A DNA stretch of 64,000 bases from the human T2T-CHM13v2.0 reference genome, Homo sapiens. The stretch is taken from assembly GCF_009914755.1 (NCBI RefSeq), contig NC_060940.1; one strand, written 5' to 3'. The notes below the pieces were generated by a model. It worked only from the letters and a program-made list of their open reading frames with translations. It had not been told where the DNA came from and made no database searches. A program made the position numbers and the translations under genes. Of the stretch, positions 36,340-58,519 are shown piece by piece. Each line of letters begins with the position of its first letter. Position 1 is the first letter of the stretch.

Positions 36340-37260
36340 CTCATTCTTTCATTTATTTGGCAAATGTTTATCAAGCACCTGCCATGTGACAAACATTGTC
36401 CCAGGCCCTGGAGAGTCAGCAGTGAACAAAATAAACACAAATCCATGCCCCTGTAGAGCTTATGTGCCAGCGGCTGGAGGCAGACACTAAGCAAATAAAG
36501 AAGCAAAATATAAAGGGTGTCAGAGAAGAAATAAAGCAGGGAAGAGGGCTGGGGACAACGGAGGAGGGATGTGACATTAAATAGGGCCCTCAGAAGGGCC
36601 TTGCTGAGAATGTGAGCAGAGACTACAGGAAGTGAGAGGAAGCCACGCAGATCTCTGGGAAAGGAGCATTTCTGCAGAGGGAACAGCAAGGGCAAAATCG
36701 CGGGGACAGGGGACATCCGTGTGGCTGATGGAGGAGGAACGAGGGTGGTGGGAGAGGAGGACAGAGGGGTCAAGGCCAGGTCGTGTAGGGCTTTGTGTCA
36801 TTTGTAGGGTCTGGGCTTTTACTCTGGGGGCAGTGGGAGCCAGGGGAGCATTTTGAGTAGAGGAGGACCGTGACCTAGCAGGCTTTAACAGGACGCATTC
36901 CCTGGCCATGTGGGGAGAATGACCACAGGCGAAGGTGAAAGGAGGCAGTGGCTGCTGCACAATCTCCGTGAGAGATGACGTGGCTTCCTTTGGGGCAGCA
37001 GCTGTGGGGGTGCTGAGAAGGGGCCTGATCCTGGGTATTGTAAAGAGAGAGGCAGCTGGACTTGTTGGATTAGATATGGGTGGGAGAGAGAGAAAAAAAA
37101 CAAGACCTCTAAGTCTTGGTCTGAGCTGTGAGAATGATGGCTGCTTTATCTCCTGAGATGGGAGAGAGAGTGAGAGCAGGCTTTAGGGGGAACATCAGGA
37201 ATTCAGCTTAAAACCTAGGAAGACCCTGTAGGCAGCTGGAGATGGGAATCCAGGGCTCAG
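36340..37260 (-). mobile_element. L2 (L2a-like) 3' fragment
   Basis: cattctttcatttatttggcaaatgtttatcaagcacctgccatgtg... L2 terminus; source of ORFs 36114..36773 and 36577..36960. Confidence 0.8.
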
Positions 37261-37393
37261 GGAGAAAAGCTGTATTAAGCTGAGTCTGTCTGGAGTGTGG
37301 GACCATTGACAACTTTTTTCTTTTTTGTACACAGAGGTAGAGTGGGCTGAGGTCATTAGTTATGCAAGTAATGCATGAAAACAGCTTTCTTTA

Positions 37394-37985
<592 letters not shown>

Positions 37986-38574
37986 AAATTGTCACCTTCT
38001 AGATAAGGCTAAAATCCATTTTGCTAATCCCTCCCCTCCCTAAGGCCAGTCTTCCCATCCTGGAGTAGCTGTTGCCATGAGCTAGGCATGCATGCTTCCA
38101 GGCCTTTCTCTGTGCATTTGTATACCTGAGTGTATCCATAAAATATATGTGGTATTTTTTAATGTATTTTCTTTTCTTTTTTTTTTTTTTTTTTTTTTTT
38201 TTACCAGAAATGGTGTTACACTGAATGTACTGTTTTGCAACATGCTTTTGTAACTTGTAACTTGCCTATTCTCCCTGGGCTATGTGTCTTGGAGATCTGT
38301 GCTTGATGTTATCTGCTCTTTTATTTCTTAACCTGTTGCATCGGATTCCCTGGTATTCAGCTGTTCTCCAGCCGGAGGACATTAGAGTTGCTTTCAACTA
38401 GCATTTTGTCCATTCTTCTCAGGCACCTGCGTGGCTTTCTCTAGGCTGGATTGCAGGAGGGAAATGGCTGGGTCTGAGTAGATGAAGGGTCTGTGGGATT
38501 TGGTGTCTTGTCTCAGTGGATACTGCCACATTGCTTCCCAAAGTGCCTCTGTCCACTTCTCTGCCCAGCCCTCA

Positions 38575-39030
<456 letters not shown>

Positions 39031-39509
39031 AATGTGCATTTGGAGAGAACATGAGCTACTTTAGGGGCTGACCAGACTCTCCCAATCCCCTCCTTCCCTC
39101 TTGAAAACAGAGCAGCACAAATGAAAAACCGTCTCTCTCCTGTCTGCACATCTGGCTTCTTCCCGGGCAGCTGGTTGCTATTCCTAAACCAGCTTCATAG
39201 CCCAGAGTTGCGGCCACACCCCATGTGGCTACTCAGCCACTGAAGGAAGACTCAGGAGTTAAGGGCCTTATGTCACATGCTGCCACGGTGACCATATTTC
39301 AGAATTAAAATTGGGGCCTGTGACCTGAGGAGTTCATTGGACTTTGGGGATTCGGGTCTGGCCTGTTTGAATTCAGGACCACTGTAGGAAATCCTGGCCA
39401 TCAGGATCATCCATTCGGTTCACAGTACATTTACAAGTGCCTTTTGATGTTAAGGCTCAGCCTGCCCTGGGAGCTGATGGTCAAGGAGGAACGACGTGCT
39501 ATCTAAGCG

Positions 39510-39880
39510 TTCCCAGGATGCAGACTCTGAGCAGGAGATATACATGCAGGGGTTTATTGGGAGGGCTCTTGGATGACACCTGTGAGGGGTAAGGGTAGCA
39601 GGCTTGGGCAGAAGGAGGAGTTGTGCAGTTCAGGCTTTGGGGAGCCCACAGATCCTGGGTAGAAACAGGTGGGCCTTCAGAGATGTCCCAGTTGAGACAA
39701 GGAGCTGGGGTCTTTGCACCTTTGCCATTAAGCAACATCAGAGATCCAGCATAACCTGGGGAAGGATGGATTTCTTCCTGGGAAGGGATACAACTGTAAG
39801 CCACCAGCCATCCACACTCCCAGCAGCTGGGGCATGTGAGCGATCTGGGCCCCGCAGCCCAACACCTGCTGCCCATGCAA
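39510..39880 (-). mobile_element. LTR33-like ERVL LTR
   Basis: gcagactctgagcaggagat...ggtttattgggagggctcttgg...acacctgtg...ccttcagagatgtcccagttgag. Confidence 0.65.
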
Positions 39881-40269
39881 AGCCCACAGCCACTGCCTTT
39901 GATAATGCTTCAGCGAGGGGTGTGTGGAAATGCTTCAGGAACACAGCTGAGGGAGGGGAGAAGCCAGCCTGGGATGGAGGCCAGCAGGGAGGAAGTGGAC
40001 CTTAACTGTGCCTCGAAGCCCTAAACTCCGAACCCGTACACCAGAAACTGCTCCTCTGGATGCTTCGAAGATTCCTCAAGGCAAGGCAATGACCTTGCAA
40101 GGGCAGTCAACACAAGGGCAATGACCTTGAGAAGCAGCCAGAAGAGCTGAGTGGCTATTGAGATGGGGGTGGGGAAGGTGGGAATGAGGTCAGGAGAGTG
40201 GTGAGAGCAGATTGCATTCATGCGCCAGGCCACACTCAGACCTGCTCTCCCTCCAGCCTTTGCTCCATG

Positions 40270-40945
40270 AATGGTGCCCCGTCCCTCCAATGATGCAGGC
40301 CAGAAACCCTGGAATCATCCTTATAGACCCTCTCCCTTGTCTCTTCTTTCCAGCCTGTCACCAAGTCCTGTGCCTTCACCTTGGAAGCCTCTCTTCCCTG
40401 ACCCTCCACGTGGCTGAGTCCTCTCATCTAAGCACCTGCGGTAGCCTCTCACCTGCAGCCTGGCACCCATTCTCCACCACCCAACCCCTTTCTTACTCCA
40501 ACTTCCGCTGTCCGCTCCAGGAGCACCATGTGGCTTCCCAGTGGTCTGGAGTCTCAGGGCAGAACTCCTGCCGTGGGCACGCGGTGTTTGTGGTCCATCC
40601 GCCTCAGTCCCGTGTCAGTCTCTGTCCCACGTGCCTGCCTTGTCCCTTCTGCTCTGTGCTCATGTGCGTCTGCTGCCTTAGCACGCCTCCACTTTGCTTT
40701 GAGCACTCTCCCCTCTCCTCCACAATTAACCCATTCATCCTTCAGGTTTTGGTTCTGTTATCCTCTGCAGCGAAGCTTCACCTGCCCCCTTTTAAAGCCA
40801 CTCATCGCCCCCGCCTCCCCCACCTTCCGAGCACTGACGTCATACATTTGGTAGGTCATTTGATTAAAATCTGTCTTCCTCACTAGACCACCAGCTCCAT
40901 GAGGCTGGGGACATGCCCTGGCATGGATTAGGAGGTGTTTAGTAA
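40270..40945 (+). mobile_element. L2 fragment
   Basis: aggccagaaaccctggaatcatcctt...tctgtcttcctcactagaccaccagctccatgagg; source of ORF 40212..40886. Confidence 0.65.
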
Positions 40946-41505
40946 ATCTGGAAGAAGGTAGGAAAGAAGTGGGGTGAGGAGGGAGGAGGGAAAGGAACGC
41001 AGTCCCACATGGTCGGGGAGGGGACCAGGGTCAGAGAGAATGAGCATTTGCTGTCGCCTTTAAATTCCTAGATGAACATTGTCTCACATGGCAAAATCTT
41101 GACTGCAGTATGTGAGAGTTAATCCAGTTTGAGGCCCATGAACCCCACTGCACTGCCCTACACTTGAGAATGATATTTCAGCACCTGCCGTTAGCACAAA
41201 CAGGCTTTGCCCTTAAGCATACCTGGGATGTCAGAAGCAAAGACTCTCTAGCCGTCCCCTGGGATCAGCCAGCAGGCTTTGATCACTCTCCACCCCAGCC
41301 CAAGACAGGCTCCTGGAGTCTCCTGGCATCTGCTTTTACAAACACTCTTCCCTTCTGGCCCCTGCTCCGCCCTCCCCCATTCTCCTGGTGAGCTCTTTTA
41401 CAATTCGGTGTCTTGTTTTCTCTTCTGCAAAGCCCACCCAGCCCCGCCAGTAATCCCAGGCCCCCTCCACTCCACCCACTGCCCTTGTGGCACAGCTGCC
41501 TCCTC

Positions 41506-41803
41506 TTTTTTTTTTTTTTTAGACGGAGTTTTAATCTTGTTTCCCAGGCAGGAGTGCAGTGGCGCAATCTCGGCTTACCACAACCTCCGCCTCCCAGATT
41601 CAAGCGATTCTCCTGCCTCAGCCTCCCGAGTACCTGGGATTACAGGCACACACCACCACGCCCAGCTAATTTTTTGTATTTTTTTAGTAGAGACAGGGTT
41701 TCACCATGTTGGCCAGGCTGGTCTCAAACTCCTGACCTCAGGTGATCCACCCGCCTCAGCCTCCCAAAGTGCTGGGATTACAGAAGTGAGCCACTGCACC
41801 CAA
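41506..41803 (-). mobile_element. AluSx-like
   Basis: Full dimer; TSD cag(c/t)tgcctcctctt; source of ORF 41279..42001. Confidence 0.9.
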
Positions 41804-42232
41804 CCTCAGTTGCCTCCTCTTGATAGCATCTGCCACACTGCACTGGAGCAATTGTTCCATTTCTATCTCTCTACTCCAAGTTCCTTGAGGCCAGGGATTT
41901 TTGTCTTCCTCCCTTTCCTTCTGTTCCTCCGTGTTCTTTCCTTTCTGCAAATCCTTTATAAGCTCCTTGTACATGCCAGGAACTGGGAGACACAGCAGTG
42001 AGCAAGCTCGCATTGTCCCTGCTCTCGTGGGTCTGGCGTCCTGATGGGGGAGGCCATGTGTAAATGAACAGAGATACTTTCAGAGAGTGAGAGGTGCTAC
42101 TGGGTGAGGAGGCAGACAGGGACAGAGGTTGTTGGGAGAGGCCCCTGGAAGAGGGGATGCTGCTAAACAAGCTTACCCTAGAGCAAGGAGGGAAACATTG
42201 CAGGCAGGGGGAACAACAGAGGCAATGACCTT

Positions 42233-42388
42233 TATTTATTTACTTATTATAGAGACGGGGCAGGGGGAGTGGGGCGGGTGCTCTCGAGGTATTTCCCAGG
42301 CTGACCTCGAACTCCTGAGCTCGAGTGATCCTCCTGCTTTGGCCTCCCAAAGTTCTGGGATTACAAGCATGAGCCACTGCGCCCGGCC
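42233..42388 (-). mobile_element. FLAM/Alu left monomer with a G-rich insertion
   Basis: TSD ggcaatgacctt on both sides. Confidence 0.75.
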
Positions 42389-43287
42389 GGCAATGACCTT
42401 GAGAAAGAGCCAGAAGGACCATGTGGCTATTAGGATGAAGGTGGAAATGAGGTCAAGGAGGGTGGCGAGGCCAGATTACACTTGTCTGTCTATCTCTGGC
42501 CCTTGCCCGATGCCCAACCCATAGGAGAAGCACAAGGAATATGTGTAGGATCAATAGGAAGGGAGTGCCCTCCCCTCTTCAGGGGGCCGGCAGCAGCCCT
42601 GGGGTGTGGGGGAATGATCATCTACTCAGACAGCCCTGCCTGCTGGGCTGGTGGTGATAGATGCCCTGTGTTGGGAGGTCCATTTCATTAGAAGGAAAAG
42701 TTCTTGGATGGAAATCAGGTGGATGGAGGCAAAGATTGGCGGAGGGTGGCTGCCTCTCTCCTCCCATCAGGCCTGGTGGCCAGTCCTGCAGGATTGAGAG
42801 GCTCTGACAGGTAAAAGTGGCCCTAAATCAGGTCCACTAACAGCACCAGCCTGAGAGGGCGAAAGCAGCTTGTCTCTTCTCAATTATTAGAGGCTGTTTA
42901 TGCTGCCCCAGGCCTGAGCCCCCTCCTGGGCTGTCCTCAGGCAAGGAGGGTAGGGGCAGCCTCAATCCTTCTACCTGCAGGCCCTGTGGAAACCTTCTGA
43001 GCCTCCCTCAGCCCTTCTCAACTCAGGACTCGCTTAAAATCCAGTTGAAAGGATGTCAGGTCTGCCCCAAGCCCTCCAGTAGCTTCCCGGCCGCCTCAGC
43101 ATCAGGCCAGAGTCTGCAAGGCCTGGCAGCCTCAGGGTCTGTCCCACTCCATCTCCTCCCACTCCCCTGCCTTGTTCAGTCTGTTCCGGCCACACTGGCC
43201 TCTGAGCTCTTCCCCAAATGTGCTGAGCCTCCTGGCCTCTGCACTCGCTGTTCCTGCCATCTGAAAGCCCCTTTTATCCCAATACCT

Positions 43288-44263
<976 letters not shown>

Positions 44264-44389
44264 CCCTCAGGGTACACCTCCCCAGAGAGGCCCTCTCGGA
44301 GCCCTGAGCCCCACCACCCCCAACTGCAGTGAAGGGAAGAGGGAGCCCCTCCCCTTCCTCCTGCATTCTTCTGCCCCTTCCTACTTTCT

Positions 44390-45305
<916 letters not shown>

Positions 45306-45664
45306 TGTCTTACTTTTTGGAAATCATCTGTCTTCCTTTCGCTAGAATGTGAACTCTGTGGTAGTAGAGACTTTGCTGGGCTCACTGTTGTATCTCCAGA
45401 GACTAGTTCAGGGCCCAGCCAGAGGAAGTGTTCAGCCAATACTGAAGAAATGCATCATTGTGTGAAATAAAGTCAACACCACCCACCTCCTAGGGTTGTG
45501 TGAATGTGGAAGTTCTGACTCTGTGTTTCCCAGTGTGTGTTTTGCCTACCTCTGCCACCTTGTAGGTGGCAAGTAAACATTTTCTCTTTTAGTAGGTCTG
45601 TATTTATGTCTATGGTTACCTTCTGGCAAGCAATAATTATTTTCCATTTATGGCATTAATATAA

Positions 45665-46032
<368 letters not shown>

Positions 46033-46467
46033 TGAGTCTGAAAGATAATTGATAAATAACACCTTGCAATTTTAGAAGAAAATTTTTCTGAGAATAAAAA
46101 GAAATGCTCGTTATTTTCCACTGGACATGGATTGAAAATGATGTTTTAGATAGCTATGTAAGAAAAACATTTTTATAAAAATACACCGTAACTGTGTCCT
46201 GGGGTCCTAGATTCTGGATCTGCCTTGGCAGTCTATAAAACCTGAGACTGAATAGAAAATCTCAAGGTATGTATTGGTAGCAATAAAGAATGGTACATAG
46301 CAGGTAGGGTAGTAATAAATGTAACTCTAAGGTATTCGAAAAATAGCCCAAACGCTCCCTTTGATTATCCATCTGGCATGCGCGTAGGATGTAATATTTT
46401 GTTAGGACACCTATCCTAGGGCGTGAGAAACTCAAATGTTTGCTGCAGTGTTTTGTGCTGTTTCATT

Positions 46468-46486
46468 CTACCTCTAGGGGGCAGTA
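46468..46486 (+). promoter_or_regulatory. Candidate CTCF binding site
   Basis: CTACCTCTAGGGGGCAGTA closely fits the CTCF core CC(A/T)CYAGRKGGCRSY; motif only, occupancy unknown. Confidence 0.5.
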
Positions 46487-46619
46487 TCAACCGTTGCTTT
46501 AGGTCTTTGTTGCTTGGCTTCTGCTGGTGTGATGGGTGCATTGACTGCAGAGTATATTTCTGTTTTCGAGGATGGGAATATAACTGATGTGTTAGCAAAT
46601 GCAGTCAAAAGCAGGCTCA

Positions 46620-46943
<324 letters not shown>

Positions 46944-47230
46944 TTAACTCATGTGCACTGAGGACGGGCTCCACAGCGCTGGGACACACAGACTCACTGG
47001 GAGAATAGAGGAACTGGCACTTGGGGTGGGTTTTGAAGGAAGGCTGTGACTTTTGTACTGTAAGATACATTTGGATCATCTCTTCTTGTGGGCTTAGGGC
47101 CATTGGAGCATTCATCAAGGTATATTTAGTCCTCTATGAAATGCTTCTCTGAGCCCTTAGACATGGCAGGAACTTTGGATTCAGACACCGTCTAGTATTT
47201 GTTCTACCACTGTACCACCCAGTACCCACT

Positions 47231-47310
47231 CGGGTATAAATCTCTCTCATACACACACACACACACACACAGACACACACACACATACACACACACACAT
47301 ACACACACAC
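47231..47310. repeat. (CA)n microsatellite, imperfect, ~80 bp
   Basis: Direct reading. Confidence 0.85.
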
Positions 47311-47503
47311 TTCAAACTGGCCCAAGGAAAGAAAGGGATGTATTTGCTCAAGTGAGTAAAACGTTAGTGCTGGCTTCGGGCATGGCTGGATATGGTGGAT
47401 TAACCACCATTAAAGGATCTAGTTGCTATTTGGCCTGTCTCTCATTGTCTTCCATTCTGCTATCTCTATGTTTGTGTCATCAGTCTTGGACAGATTTTTC
47501 TAA

Positions 47504-47665
<162 letters not shown>

Positions 47666-48211
47666 TAAGGTTGCTCATAATTGTGAACCTAAAAAGTTGG
47701 TAAAATGACTCCTTCCTTTGTGTGTGAAGAAATGACGTCTTCCTCCCTTCCCTAGTAGCCCTGGCTCATATCACTAGTAATTGTAGAGGAGGAGAGATAA
47801 GGACTTTTCCAGGAGGGTCCTTGGGAGGCATAGCTTGGGAAGCACACCTATCCCTGAACCATCACATGGCCGGGGAGATGGAATGCACTGGCCGGGCCTG
47901 CAGTACGTGCTTTCCCTTGCAGTGTTGGGAGTGTTATTTCCACCCACGCCACGTGGACTGAGAGTGGACGAAAGGTGGTTTTCCTAGAGGAAAATCAAGG
48001 TGTTATACCCAGAACAGGAATGGATGCTGGCGCCACATAAACAAGGTTGTCTGCTATCTCCACTTAGAGGCTCTGAGACCTTCAGACAATTTGCTTCAGC
48101 TTTCAAGGCCTCCATTTCCTCCTCTGTAAAATGGGCACAAGGATCTTAGAGCATAGGATTGCTGCGTGCGTTAAATAAGCACCCACAGACAGCACTGATA
48201 AAGAGCAGTAA

Positions 48212-49756
<1,545 letters not shown>

Positions 49757-49899
49757 CTGGCCCGTCCATGAACATTTCATGTTTCTTCACACCCCCAAAC
49801 CTTTGTTCATGCTGGCCCTGCTGCTTGGAATGCCCTTCCCTTTTCTTGTTGCCCAGGTAACATTTCAACTTTCAGATCCCTGCTCAAATGTGTCCTCAT

Positions 49900-51150
<1,251 letters not shown>

Positions 51151-51481
51151 CAAGGATTGGAGAGACCTACCTAGGGATCTAATTCAGACACTTGGCATTG
51201 CATTTTGTGTATTTTATTATAATTCTGTCCTTTGGGAGGGGTCCAGGTGCCTTTGATAGTCCGAAGAAAGTTATGGACTCTTCCAAGAACACCCCTGTGC
51301 ATGCAATTAAATGGGTGTTCTCAGGACCCCCTGCAGGGATCCCTAGACAGTGTGTGGTTGCTTGACTGGTTGCAGTTGCAGCCCGCTTTTGTACAACATC
51401 AGGGGGCACAATTCACACGCACACATGATTGGGGCTGTTCAGTCCAGCACCCCCAACCAACAACCAGCAGTTGATTACAGC

Positions 51482-51954
51482 TGTGAAAGGAAAATAAATC
51501 TTGATGCCCCCAAATCACTAAACTAAAGGGAAAAGTCAACCTGGGAACTGCTTAAAGCAAACCTGCCTCCCGTTCTACTCAAAGTCACCTCTCTGCTCAC
51601 TGAGATAAATGCATATCTGATTGCCTCCTTTGGAGAGGCTCATCAGAAACTCAAAAGAATGCAACCATTTGTCTCTTATCTACCTGTGACCTGGAAGCCC
51701 CCTCTCTGCTTCCACTTGTCCCACCTTTGCTTCGAGTTGTCCCGCCTTTTGAGGACCGAACCAATATTCATCTTACATATGTTGATTGATGTCTCATGTC
51801 TCCCTAAAATGTATAAAACCAAACTGTGCTCTGACCACCTTGGGCAAATGTCATCAGGACCTCTTGAGGCTGCATCATGGGTGCACGTCCTCAACCTTGG
51901 CAAAAGAAACTTTCTCAATTAACTAAGACCTATCTCAGCTATTCGGGATTTACA
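51482..51954 (+). mobile_element. Solo MER4A/MER4A1-type ERV1 LTR
   Basis: TGTGAAAGGAAAATAAATCTTG...ctgagataaatgcatatctgattgcctcctttgg...tgtataaaacc (TATA)...TTTACA. Confidence 0.88.
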
Positions 51955-53187
51955 GAGTCTATACAGGCAAGTTGGTATCTGAATATACAGTGGGTCAGAG
52001 CTTTTGTTAAGCCCTGATCGCATATGCAAGGGGGCCAGCCACACAATAAGCCCTTGATAAATGTTTACTGAGAAACAGTGAAGATGAACTTGGCATTTTT
52101 TCAGGGTTCTCACACCTTTGCTGGGTGCCTTAAGTATTCATACATCCATTTTGTAGGCAAGGAAATAAAGCCTCAGAACAACGAGGGTTAACTGAATTAG
52201 GCACAAAAAGGGGTAGAATCTTGCCTGGCACATAGTAAGTGCTAAGTCAACCTTAGCAATTATCGTCATAGAGCTGGACAGCGGTGAAGCCAGGACTGGA
52301 GCCCAGGCCTCTAGGCACTCAGGCGAAACTCTGTCTCCTTCCCTGTGTCATGGGTCTGCCCTCCAGGAATTTATAATCTGACTGGGGAGCCAAGATGAGC
52401 AAGAAAGAAAATGATCCCAAATTACTTCCACTTTAATCCTAGGTTATCCATATAGCAGCCCTGTGAGGTAGACCTTATTGGTATCCCCTTTTCGCAGACA
52501 AGGAAACTGAGGCTCAGATGAGATAAACAGCAGAGTTCAGGGCTCACACCCACACCTCCAAATCCCCAGATAATTAGTGAGTAGTATATGTAGTTAAATG
52601 CTAACAACTCAGCACTTAATTATATCCGATTTCACACTGTATTGTATATAATTTAATACTAATTGCAGGCTTTCAGAAGGAACTGAAGTGAGTAGGGGAG
52701 AGAATGGCAAGGGAAGCCTTCATGGGGACTTTGGGAACCGAGCTGGCCCTTGGAGAGTCTGGGAGCGGAGGCTAGAGGGGGCTGAGTGGGTTTCTGGAAA
52801 AGGGAATAGGATGATTAAGACATCAAGTTAGGAGTGAGAATGGGGCGAGGTGGGACTCGGATGGTGCTGTTTTGGAAATGGAGTTCCATAAATGCACTTA
52901 TAACTAATGTTCATTGAGAGCTTTGTAAGTGCCAGGTACTGTGCTAAATCCTTTCCACTGTTACTGCATCCAGTTCACTTAACCCTGTGAGGGAAAGAAA
53001 AGTTCCACCAGACAACAGGTACAGGCATCACCCCATCTTATAGGTAAAGAAACTAGGTGGCAACCTTGTGACACAGAACCAGGCTGGACTGCAGAGCCCA
53101 TGTACCTCCCAGCTCAAGTTCAGAGACCATATGACTGTAGCTGGGGGTGTTGTGAATGGTGGGAAATAAAGTTGGCTAGTCTAGGGC

Positions 53188-54120
<933 letters not shown>

Positions 54121-54699
54121 GAGATGGATGGAAGTTTCAGTTTCTCGAGTCTTTCTGATGACATCTCCCTCCTGGCAAAGGAGGATCGATGCATTCCCTG
54201 GAGAGTTTGAGGTGAAAGCCCAGGGCAGCCAGCAAAAGCTGAGATTTCTTTGAAGTCCCATATTTCATCTAAAAATGTCATCCACTGTTTCATGCCATAC
54301 CCATAATATATTAACGGTCATTTTAATGTTTCAAAATGGTTATGTAAATTGCCTTGGAGCAGCATCTGTGTTCTGGGAAGATGCATGGGAGGGTTTCCTT
54401 GTGTCTTAAATGGGGTAATAATCACTACTTCAAGGGCTTCTGTGAAGATCAAAGGAGAATCGTGTATATGGAAATGCTGGGTAAACTGCACGATTTATGT
54501 GTTATTATTCTGGAAGAAGGCGAGAATCCTCCCCAGACCCACTCTCCTGAAATCCAGCTCTCCCGAGGGCTGAGGCCTCCTGCGCTTTTCTTGCACTCAG
54601 GATGAGGCAGGACTCAGGCCCAGGGGAGGACAGAGTAGCCTCTGTAGGCACCTCCAGAAGCCAGGAAAGCTAGTTTGTTTTTTGTTGTTGTTTCTCGGG

Positions 54700-55378
<679 letters not shown>

Positions 55379-55914
55379 TTGTTTTTGTTTTTGTTTTAAT
55401 TTCTTATAATTTCATTATGTCACCCTTTCTTATTATTACTTACTTCATGATTGGCCAACTTAGCCAGAAGCAAAGTCCCAGTGAAACTCAGAGGTTGCAG
55501 AGATGTCAGAATAGGAGAGAACATGAGGGTACATCATCCTGTTCCTGAGTGGGTCTAGAGAGAGGGAAGTCGGGAAGGAAAAGTAGAGGCTCCAGGGGAA
55601 GATGGAAGCAGATGGCAACAATCTGGGGCTCTACAGGGAACAGGAGGAGAAAGGGCATCAGGGTGTTAGCCCTGGACTAGGCATGACTGGGCTGCACATC
55701 AGGCTCTTTTCCTTGTAATTGGAGGGAGAAGTGAAGATGGGAGGGAGAAAAACCCAAGACTGGTGAAATGGAGACTCAGGCAGACACTGACCTTCCACAA
55801 TTGAGGGCACAGGGTGAAGGCTAGCTAGAGAAGGCACAGGCAGAAAGCTGCATGGGAAGAGTGGCTCATTCAGCACTGCAGATGCAGAGGAAGAGAATTT
55901 GGCAAGTAGGACGT

Positions 55915-56428
<514 letters not shown>

Positions 56429-56863
56429 GTAGTGGGAATCTTAATGATTATCATGAGGATGAGAGAGAGAGAAAAGGAATGCCCATCATTCTCAACTTGG
56501 AATGGCATGACAGATGAGCAGATTCCCATGGCTCAGAGCAATGGAAAAGGATGGAGAGAAGACCTATTGCATTAAGTTAAGGTGGTCCTGGGTCTCTCTT
56601 GGGTAGGGTTCTAATAGAATAATGGGGCTAGAGCCATATTTTGAGAAGTTAAGAAGAGAATAGTAGAGATTTCTATTTTTCTCTCTCTTTTCTTCCCAGG
56701 ATAAGCATTAAGGTTCCCACACAAGTTGCATTTCTGATACAAATGCCCTACTTGCCATTTAAAACTTAATCCCCATAACTTGCTATAACTTGGGACCAGT
56801 ACCAAGCTGATATTGTATCGTTAATCCTCCCCTTGGCAACAAAGTTAAAAAAAACAGCAAATT

Positions 56864-57695
<832 letters not shown>

Positions 57696-57909
57696 CTTTT
57701 TAAAGAGTATATATGTGTTTATATGTAGATATGTATCTTTGTATATTATAAACAAAGAAAAGCACCCGGAGGAAGATATATATATCAAATTACAATAGCA
57801 GTTTTACTGGTACATGCATATATCACTTTAAATATATGTAGTTTATTATACATTACTCTCCCCCAGCCATAATAAATTATACCAGAGATTATCTCTGATG
57901 GTCAGATTA

Positions 57910-58410
57910 TAGTATATTACTTAAAATTCTTTTGGCTGCAAATGACAGAAACTCAGCTGAAACTTCTAAGGCATTAACTGAATTGTCTGGATACTTCTTT
58001 AGGCATAGGTGAATCCAGGGACTCAAATTATGTCATTAGGAATCTGCCTCTGCATCTCTTGGATATGCTGGTTTTTTTTATTAGCTTCATTCTCAGGCGG
58101 TTCCAGGCCTGCTTCTCATTGGCACAGCATTCAAATGGGAAGAGAGCAGCTCTTTTTCCAAGGGTATCAGCAAAGTCCCGGGGCTGACTCGGGTCATGGT
58201 TCACCCCTAAAGTGGTAAATCACTGTGACTGGGGGAAGCCCTATGTTGATTGGCAAGGCCAAGGTCATGTGAACCAAGAGAAGAACAAAGTCACTTTCAA
58301 GGTCATCTACGGAAGCCAGTGAACTGCAAGAAGGGGCTGAGCAGTTCCCCAAAGGAAACCCAGGGCCCCTTTGGCAGAAGAGGAGACACAGAACCACAGA
58401 TGTCCACTCC
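57910..58410 (-). mobile_element. Old MLT1 (K/L-like) LTR
   Basis: ttctttggctgcaaatgacagaaactca...cagcaaagtcccggggctgactc. Confidence 0.55.
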
Positions 58411-58519
58411 AAGTGGGCCTCCAGTCTGGGTCATAGATTTCTGTAATGACTGCATTGTTTATAATTAACATACATTTCTCTTGAAATGGCAGGGGGAAAA
58501 TAAGATTCCCCTCCCCTTT

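Noticed and set aside
36114-36773. 219-aa ORF, and the 224-aa ORF at 40212..40886
   Set aside because: They lie over degenerate L2 sequence, have low-complexity composition and show no recognisable domain.
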